DNA from: an uncultured Clostridia bacterium
GTDB taxonomy: Bacteria; Bacillota; Clostridia; Christensenellales; Aristaeellaceae
NCBI GenBank assembly: GCA_934621505.1
Contig: CAKTUU010000003.1
Span: forward strand, 18,580 to 82,579
DNA: 64,000 nucleotides
Reading direction: 5' to 3'
This document shows, in pieces, positions 58,646 to 64,000 of this stretch (position 1 is its first letter; the number at the start of each line of letters is the position of its first letter). Below the pieces are notes generated by a model. It did not search any database. It was given only the letters and a program-made list of their open reading frames with translations, and was not told the DNA's origin. Position numbers and translations under genes: made by a program.

Positions 58646-59409
58646 GAGACCCCTATGAGGTTTTGGGCGTGCCCCACGGCGCGTCGGATGATGAAATCAA
58701 GTCGGCCTACCGCAGGCTGGCCAAAAAATACCATCCGGATTTGAACGATGGCTCCGCCGAGGCGGAAGCCAAAATGAAGGAGGTAAACGAGGCCTATACC
58801 CTGCTGATCAAGCACAAGGACCAGTACCAGAGCGGCGGTCAAAGCGGCTATGGCAGCCAGGGCTACAGCGGACAGAGCTACGGCGGCTACAGCGGGCAGG
58901 GCTACGGCGGACAAGGGTATGGCAGTCAGGGCTACGGCAACCGCGGCGGTTTTGACTTTGGCGGCTTCGGCTTTGATTTTGAGGATTTGTTTGGGGGCGG
59001 CCAGCGCCGCAATTACCAGACCAGCTCGTATACCGAGAACGACCCCCAGCTGAAAAGCGCCGCCCAGGCCGTGCTTTCGGGCCGGTATCAGGAGGCGCTG
59101 AACCTGCTGACCGGCGTGCAAAACCGCAAGGCGGCCTGGTATTACTGGAACGCCCGGGCCAATATGGGTCTTGGCAACCGCATCGCCGCGCTGAACAACG
59201 CCCGCACCGCCAGCAATATGGCCCCGGACGAGCCCGCCTTTCGCGAGCTGCTGGCCCAGCTGAACGCGGGTGGACAGGCCTATGGTCAGCGGGGCGCACA
59301 GGGCGGCTTTGGTTCCTATCTATGCGCCAATCCCTGTCTGACCCTGATCGCGGCCAATCTGCTGTGCAACTGCTGCTGCGGTTACGGCCGCGGCTTTTAT
59401 TGCTGCTAA
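58642..59409 (+). CDS. J-domain protein with G/Y/S-rich low-complexity region and Cys-rich C-terminus
   Basis: N-terminal J domain with an HPD motif ([16 protein letters not shown]). [26 protein letters not shown] repeats. C-terminal [15 protein letters not shown]. Confidence 0.8.
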   Translation: MRDPYEVLGVPHGASDDEIKSAYRRLAKKYHPDLNDGSAEAEAKMKEVNEAYTLLIKHKDQYQSGGQSGYGSQGYSGQSYGGYSGQGYGGQGYGSQGYGNRGGFDFGGFGFDFEDLFGGGQRRNYQTSSYTENDPQLKSAAQAVLSGRYQEALNLLTGVQNRKAAWYYWNARANMGLGNRIAALNNARTASNMAPDEPAFRELLAQLNAGGQAYGQRGAQGGFGSYLCANPCLTLIAANLLCNCCCGYGRGFYCC

Positions 59410-59434
59410 ACCATTGTGAAAAGAGGTTATCACC

Positions 59435-59878
59435 ATGTCCTTTTGGGAAAAAATCAAGCAGGCGGCCCGCCGTTTTATGGCTGGCCGTCACGGAGTGGAC
59501 CAACTGTCCATGGCGCTGCTGTGGACCGGCCTGGCCTGCTATCTTTTGGGATCGATTATCGGGTCCATTCAGGTTCCCGTCCTGCCTGTTCTGGGCTTTC
59601 TGCTAAGCGTGCTGGGCTTTGCGGCGTATGTGTTTTGCGTCTTTCGCATGTTTTCCCGCAACAACGAAAAGCGCAGCGATGAAAATCGCCGCTATGTGGC
59701 CGCCGCTGAAAAGCGGCGCACCCTGCGCCGTCAGGCCAAGGTAAGATTTCAAAATCGTAAAAAGTACAAATACTTTAAGTGCCCCGGCTGCAAAGCCTGG
59801 CTGCGCGTTCCCCGCGGAACCGGCGTGGTTACGGTCACTTGCAGCCGCTGCCACAACAGCTTTACCCAGAAGGCCTGA
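59435..59878 (+). CDS. membrane protein with C-terminal zinc-ribbon
   Basis: Two TM helices, then CPGC...CSRC (4-Cys ribbon). RBS AAAGAGG. Last gene of the Hsp70 module. Confidence 0.55.
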   Translation: MSFWEKIKQAARRFMAGRHGVDQLSMALLWTGLACYLLGSIIGSIQVPVLPVLGFLLSVLGFAAYVFCVFRMFSRNNEKRSDENRRYVAAAEKRRTLRRQAKVRFQNRKKYKYFKCPGCKAWLRVPRGTGVVTVTCSRCHNSFTQKA

Positions 59879-59882
59879 TATT

Positions 59883-59910
59883 TGCTTTTTTGCAAAGCTA
59901 TGCTATAATG
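59883..59910 (+). promoter_or_regulatory. candidate sigma-A promoter of plsY
   Basis: TTGCTT, 16-bp spacer, TATAAT (59905-59910). Confidence 0.35.
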
Positions 59911-59959
59911 ATGGATGTTTTTATAACATACGCTAAATCGCAGAGGGGGGGCCTCATTG

Positions 59960-60586
59960 ATGAAGATTCTGCTTACGTTGCTGACGGCTGCAATCAGCTA
60001 CCTGCTGGGCTGCTTTTCCACCGGCATTACCCTGTCCAGCGCGCAGGGGGTGGATATTCGCAAATTCGGCAGCCATAACACCGGCGCCAGCAACATGCTG
60101 CGGGTAATGGGCACCAAGAATGGCCTGGCAACCTTTATTGGCGACTTTGCCAAGGCCATGCTGGCCTGTCTGGCCGGTTCGCTGCTTTTACCCGGCGCTA
60201 CCTTCGGCATCGATCGCTTCGGCACGCTGCTGGCGGGTCTGTGCGCCATTATCGGCCATAACTGGCCCGTGTTCTACGGCTTTAAGGGCGGCAAGGGCGT
60301 GGCCTGCTCCGTAGCGGTGATTCTGTTTGTGGATCCCCTGCTGGGCGGCATTTCCATTTTGCTGTGTCTGGCCGTTATCGCCATTACCCGCTACATCAGC
60401 GCGGGCAGCATGACCATGCTGCTCAGCTTTGTGTTGCTGGTGCTGATCTTCCGCTGGGGCAACTGGCCGCTGTGTCTGTTCGCGGTCATTCTGCTGGCCC
60501 TGTGCGTGCTGCGCCACCGGGCCAATATCAAGCGCCTGCTGAACGGCACGGAAAACAAAATCGGCAACAAAGTCAAAGCCAAATAA
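59960..60586 (+). CDS. plsY: glycerol-3-phosphate acyltransferase (acyl-phosphate dependent)
   Basis: Family-typical motifs GSHNTGASN and NWPVFYGFKGGKGVA. Five TM. ATG at 59960 follows a TTG at 59957. Confidence 0.85.
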   Translation: MKILLTLLTAAISYLLGCFSTGITLSSAQGVDIRKFGSHNTGASNMLRVMGTKNGLATFIGDFAKAMLACLAGSLLLPGATFGIDRFGTLLAGLCAIIGHNWPVFYGFKGGKGVACSVAVILFVDPLLGGISILLCLAVIAITRYISAGSMTMLLSFVLLVLIFRWGNWPLCLFAVILLALCVLRHRANIKRLLNGTENKIGNKVKAK

Positions 60587-60592
60587 GCGCCT

Positions 60593-60783
60593 TCGCGGGC
60601 GCTTTCAGCCTGCTGAAAAAATCGGAGGTGCAGGAGTCACTGCCTCCTGCCAGGGTTTTAGGGGCAGCGCCCCTAAGCCTTGTGCCACACCTCTTTTCCC
60701 GCGAACCAGCGCAGCGTTGTTCGCGGGCGCGGCATCCAAGCCGCTGTTTGTCAACGATCTATAAGCGCCTTCGCGGGCGCTTT
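60593..60783 (-). repeat. palindromic intergenic repeat element, copy 4 (reverse orientation), inserted into the plsY terminator with 23-bp flanking direct repeats
   Basis: ataagcgccttcgcgggcgcttt at 60593-60615 and at 60761-60783. The second copy continues into TTTTTT, forming an intact rho-independent terminator. The 145-bp insert contains the element (60625-60725). Confidence 0.8.
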
Positions 60784-60845
60784 TTTGATTGCCCGGCGGC
60801 AGCTTTCCCCCATCGCAACTTTTTTTGAAAAAACCAACCTGTATG

Positions 60846-60875
60846 CTTGACGCTGCTTTTGCGCCCATAGTATAA
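60846..60875 (+). promoter_or_regulatory. candidate sigma-A promoter of prfC
   Basis: TTGACG, 18-bp spacer, TATAAT. Confidence 0.4.
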
Positions 60876-60928
60876 TAAGATGTTGTACTATGTTTTATCC
60901 AAGCAGGGAAGAGAGGGACACAGCTTCC

Positions 60929-62542
60929 ATGGCAGAAACCACCTTGAGCGCGCAAGCGCTGAAACAGATCGAAAAGCGCCGGACCTTCGCCATCATCAGC
61001 CACCCGGACGCGGGTAAAACCACCCTGACGGAAAAGCTGCTTTTGTATGGCGGGGCCATTCGTCAGGCAGGCAGCGTCAAGGCCCGCAAGGCCGAGCGTC
61101 ACGCCACCAGCGACTGGATGGATATTGAAAAGCAGCGCGGCATTTCCGTAACCTCCAGCGCCATGCAGTTTGAGTATGACGGCTACCGCATCAACATTCT
61201 GGATACCCCCGGCCACCAGGACTTCAGCGAGGATACCTACCGTGTGCTGGTAGCCGCCGACGCCGCCGTCATGCTGATTGACGCGGCCAAGGGCGTTGAG
61301 GAGCAGACCATTAAGCTGTTTAAGGTTTGCCGCCTGCGGAACATTCCCATTTTTACCTTTGTCAACAAAATGGACCGTGCGTCCAAGGACCCCTTTGCCC
61401 TGATGGAAGAACTGGAGGAGGTGCTGGGCATCCGGTCCTGCCCCATGAACTGGCCCATCGGCGTGGACGGGGATTTTCAGGGCGTGTACCAGCGCAACAG
61501 CGGCAAGGTGCTGCTGTATTCCGGCGGCAATCACGGCATGAGCATGGCCGACCAACTGTCCGTTGACATTGACAGCCCCGAGGCGGAAAAGGCGCTGGAA
61601 AAGCACTACCGCGACCGTCTGCGGGACGAAATTGAACTGCTGGACGAGGCGGGCGACCCCTTCGACAAGGAAGCGGTGCTAAGCGGTAAGCTGACCCCCC
61701 TGTTCTTTGGTTCCGCCGTAACCAACTTTGGCGTGGAACCCTTTTTAGAGGCGTTTTTGTCCATTACGCCCCCGCCCCTGCCCCGTGAGGCGGATATTGG
61801 AGAAATTCAGCCCACGGACCCCTATTTCTCCGGTTTCATTTTTAAAATTCAGGCCAACATGAACCCGGCGCACCGGGACCGGCTGGCCTTTGTGCGCATC
61901 GTCAGCGGCGAATTTGAAAAGGGCATGACGGTGTACCATTCCGGTACGGATAAGCAGATGCAGCTGAAGCAGCCCCAGCAGTTTATGGCGGATGAGCGGG
62001 AAGCAGTGGAAAACGCCTACGCCGGCGATATCATCGGCCTGTTTGACCCGGGATGCTTCCATCTGGGCGATACGCTGTCCAACGGGCCCAAGCTGCGCTT
62101 TGCCTCCATCCCCGTGTTTGCGCCGGAGCATTTCGCCCGGGTGCGGCCTGAGGACAGCATGAAGCGCAAGCAGTTTTTAAAGGGCATTATGCAGCTGGCC
62201 GAGGAGGGCGCGATTCAAACCTTCCGCCGCACGGAAACCGGACGCGAGGAATTTTTGGTGGGCGTGGTAGGCGTTTTGCAGTTTGAGGTGCTGGAGCACC
62301 GCCTGAAAACCGAGTACGGCGTAACCATGCTGATGGACCGCCTGCCCTTCCGCTATGTGCGCTGGGTGGTTAAGACCCCTGTGGAGGTGGACAAGCTGAA
62401 GCTGACCTCCACCAGCGGCCGGGCCTTTGACAGCGAGGACCATGATGTGCTGCTGTTTGAAAACGAATGGTCCATTCGTCTGGCCCAGGAAAACAACCAG
62501 GGGCTGGAACTGACCGACATCCGGCAGGATGTCGCCCCCTGA
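60929..62542 (+). CDS. prfC: peptide chain release factor 3 (translational GTPase)
   Basis: The ORF-track model (60890..62542) has an N-terminal extension. Start trimmed to [10 protein letters not shown]1 motif [31 protein letters not shown]. Confidence 0.9.
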   Translation: MAETTLSAQALKQIEKRRTFAIISHPDAGKTTLTEKLLLYGGAIRQAGSVKARKAERHATSDWMDIEKQRGISVTSSAMQFEYDGYRINILDTPGHQDFSEDTYRVLVAADAAVMLIDAAKGVEEQTIKLFKVCRLRNIPIFTFVNKMDRASKDPFALMEELEEVLGIRSCPMNWPIGVDGDFQGVYQRNSGKVLLYSGGNHGMSMADQLSVDIDSPEAEKALEKHYRDRLRDEIELLDEAGDPFDKEAVLSGKLTPLFFGSAVTNFGVEPFLEAFLSITPPPLPREADIGEIQPTDPYFSGFIFKIQANMNPAHRDRLAFVRIVSGEFEKGMTVYHSGTDKQMQLKQPQQFMADEREAVENAYAGDIIGLFDPGCFHLGDTLSNGPKLRFASIPVFAPEHFARVRPEDSMKRKQFLKGIMQLAEEGAIQTFRRTETGREEFLVGVVGVLQFEVLEHRLKTEYGVTMLMDRLPFRYVRWVVKTPVEVDKLKLTSTSGRAFDSEDHDVLLFENEWSIRLAQENNQGLELTDIRQDVAP

Positions 62543-62643
62543 TCCGCCGCCTGTCAATCCACAGCCAGGCCTTTGAACACGCCTGTTCCCCGCGGGCCTG
62601 CGGGGAACGGAGCCTCCCAGTTAAAGAAAGAGGGAATCCTTTT

Positions 62644-64000
62644 ATGGTTCGTAATGACATTCGCAATATCGCTATTATCGCTCACGTTGACCATGGCAAG
62701 ACCACCCTGGTGGATGAAATGCTCAAGCAGGGCGGCGTTTTTCGTGAAAACCAGCAGGTGGCGGAGCGCGTGATGGACTCCGGCGACATCGAGCGGGAGC
62801 GCGGCATCACCATTCTGGCCAAAAACACCGCCGTGCATTACAAAAACACCAAAATCAACATTGTAGACACCCCCGGCCACGCCGATTTTGGCGGCGAGGT
62901 GGAACGCGTGCTGAAAATGGTGGACGGCGTGCTGCTGCTGGTGGACAGCTTTGAAGGCCCCATGCCCCAGACCCGCTTTGTGCTGCGCAAGGCGCTGGCG
63001 CTGAAGCTGCCGGTGATTGTGGTCATCAACAAAATTGACCGTCCCGACGCCCGCTGCGACGAAGTGGTGGACGAGGTGCTGGACCTGTTTATCGAATTGG
63101 GCGCGGACGAAACCGCGCTGGACCGTCCCATCGTATACGCCAGCGCCCGGGAAGGCACCGCCACGCTGGATCTGGACCAGCCCGGCACCGATCTGCGGCC
63201 CCTGTTTGAAACCATTCTGGAATACATTCCCGCCCCCGAGGGCGAAATGGAAGGCCCCGCTCAGGTGCTGATTTCCACCATCGACTATAACGAATATGTG
63301 GGCCGCATCGGCATTGGCCGTATCAACCGGGGCACCCTCAGCGAGGGCATGACCGTTATCAAAATCAATTACGATACCAAGGCCACCTCCCTGCCCCTGC
63401 GCCTGACCGCCCTGTACACCTTTGACGGTTTGAAGCGCGTGCCCGCCAAGTCCGCCTCCATGGGCGACATTGTGGCCATGAGCGGTATTGAGGACATCGG
63501 CATCGGCGATACCGTGTGCGCCCCGGAGCAGGTGGAGGCGCTGCCTTTCGTTTCCATCACCGAGCCTACGGTGACCATGACCTTCTCCGTCAACAACAGT
63601 CCCTTCGCGGGCCGGGAAGGCACCTACGTCACCAGCCGCCATCTGCGCGCCCGCCTGTTCAGGGAATTGCAGACCGACGTGAGCCTGCGGGTCAACGAAA
63701 CCGACAGTCCCGACGCCTTTGAGGTGCGCGGCCGCGGCGAACTGCATCTGTCCATCCTGATTGAAAACATGCGCCGTCAGGGGTACGAATTTCAGGTGTC
63801 CAAGCCCCAGGTGCTGTACAAGCAGATTGACGGCAAGCTGTGCGAGCCTATTGAACGCATGGTGGCCGACGTGCCCCAGGCCTACGCCGGCGCTGTCATT
63901 GAAAAAATCGGCCGCCGCCGCGGCACGCTGGAAAGCATGCACGGCATAAACCGGGTGCGTCTGGAGTTCCTGGTTCCCTCCCGGGGCCTGTTTGGCTACC
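62644..64000 (+). CDS. typA: translational GTPase TypA/BipA (3' end beyond window)
   Basis: ATG at 62644 with [50 protein letters not shown]. The frame stays open to the window end. Not in the ORF track because no stop codon falls within the window. Confidence 0.9.
   Translation, partial: MVRNDIRNIAIIAHVDHGKTTLVDEMLKQGGVFRENQQVAERVMDSGDIERERGITILAKNTAVHYKNTKINIVDTPGHADFGGEVERVLKMVDGVLLLVDSFEGPMPQTRFVLRKALALKLPVIVVINKIDRPDARCDEVVDEVLDLFIELGADETALDRPIVYASAREGTATLDLDQPGTDLRPLFETILEYIPAPEGEMEGPAQVLISTIDYNEYVGRIGIGRINRGTLSEGMTVIKINYDTKATSLPLRLTALYTFDGLKRVPAKSASMGDIVAMSGIEDIGIGDTVCAPEQVEALPFVSITEPTVTMTFSVNNSPFAGREGTYVTSRHLRARLFRELQTDVSLRVNETDSPDAFEVRGRGELHLSILIENMRRQGYEFQVSKPQVLYKQIDGKLCEPIERMVADVPQAYAGAVIEKIGRRRGTLESMHGINRVRLEFLVPSRGLFGY

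Noticed and set aside
62584-62608. Hairpin gttccccgcgg-gcc-tgcggggaac between prfC and typA as a terminator.
   Set aside because: No U-tract follows (ggagcctccc). typA has its own RBS, so read-through co-transcription is plausible and a true terminator call is not supported.
1-64000. Scanned for CRISPR arrays, rRNA/tRNA genes, transposase/integrase genes, toxin-antitoxin pairs and restriction-modification genes.
   Set aside because: No evenly spaced short direct repeats with unique spacers and no tRNA-like cloverleaf candidates in intergenic regions. No protein with recombinase/transposase motifs. The only repeats are the palindromic intergenic elements described above.

Overview
High-GC (~60%) Firmicutes/Clostridia-type chromosomal segment, probably a spore-forming Oscillospiraceae-like gut anaerobe. 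The sporulation genes ytfI/ytfJ/dacB and the Ldh-EtfAB-type cassette support that placement. Genes are densely packed with strong GGAGG-type RBSs and many overlapping start/stop junctions. No rRNA, tRNA, CRISPR array, transposase or integrase was found.

Order of content:
1. Glycogen operon glgB-glgC-glgD-glgA (136-5972), then a convergent PfkB/ribokinase-like gene.
2. A 12-kb minus-strand operon (7443-19528): secreted 840-aa protein, ABC ATPase, ABC-2 permease, coiled-coil membrane protein, MoxR AAA+ ATPase, DUF58, and two tandem BatA-like vWA membrane proteins.
3. zur-znuABC, with a textbook -35/-10 promoter and a perfect 9-1-9 palindromic Zur box.
4. A sugar ABC uptake locus (SBP, two-domain ATPase, two permeases) with a xylose-isomerase-like TIM-barrel protein, a Gfo/Idh/MocA oxidoreductase and an AraC regulator. 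It may be a 3-keto-glycoside pathway.
5. A GNAT-nucleotidyltransferase fusion protein.
6. An FAD-dependent oxidoreductase with a second CUT1-type ABC importer.
7. A large catabolic island (36.7-53.7 kb): FdrA / small ORF / DUF1116 / acetate-kinase-family kinase / DUF2877, an FrdA/NadB-like flavoprotein, an IlvD/EDD dehydratase, an SDR, an MBL hydrolase, a LuxR-type regulator, eda-kdgK, and etfB-etfA(ferredoxin-fused)-FAD-linked oxidase.
8. dacB-like, ytfJ and ytfI-like sporulation genes.
9. A non-canonical Hsp70 module: DnaK paralog, unknown protein, J-domain protein with G/Y-rich and Cys-rich tail, and a Zn-ribbon membrane protein.
10. plsY, prfC and 5' typA/bipA.

The most unusual non-genic signal is a ~100-bp, three-hairpin palindromic intergenic repeat present in four copies. 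Three copies are flanked by long direct repeats of 15, 19 and 23 bp; one of them sits inside the plsY terminator.

The top candidates for undescribed biology are the FdrA/DUF1116/DUF2877 + acetate-kinase-type module, the MoxR-vWA-ABC-2 operon, the atypical Hsp70/J-protein module, and the repeat family.
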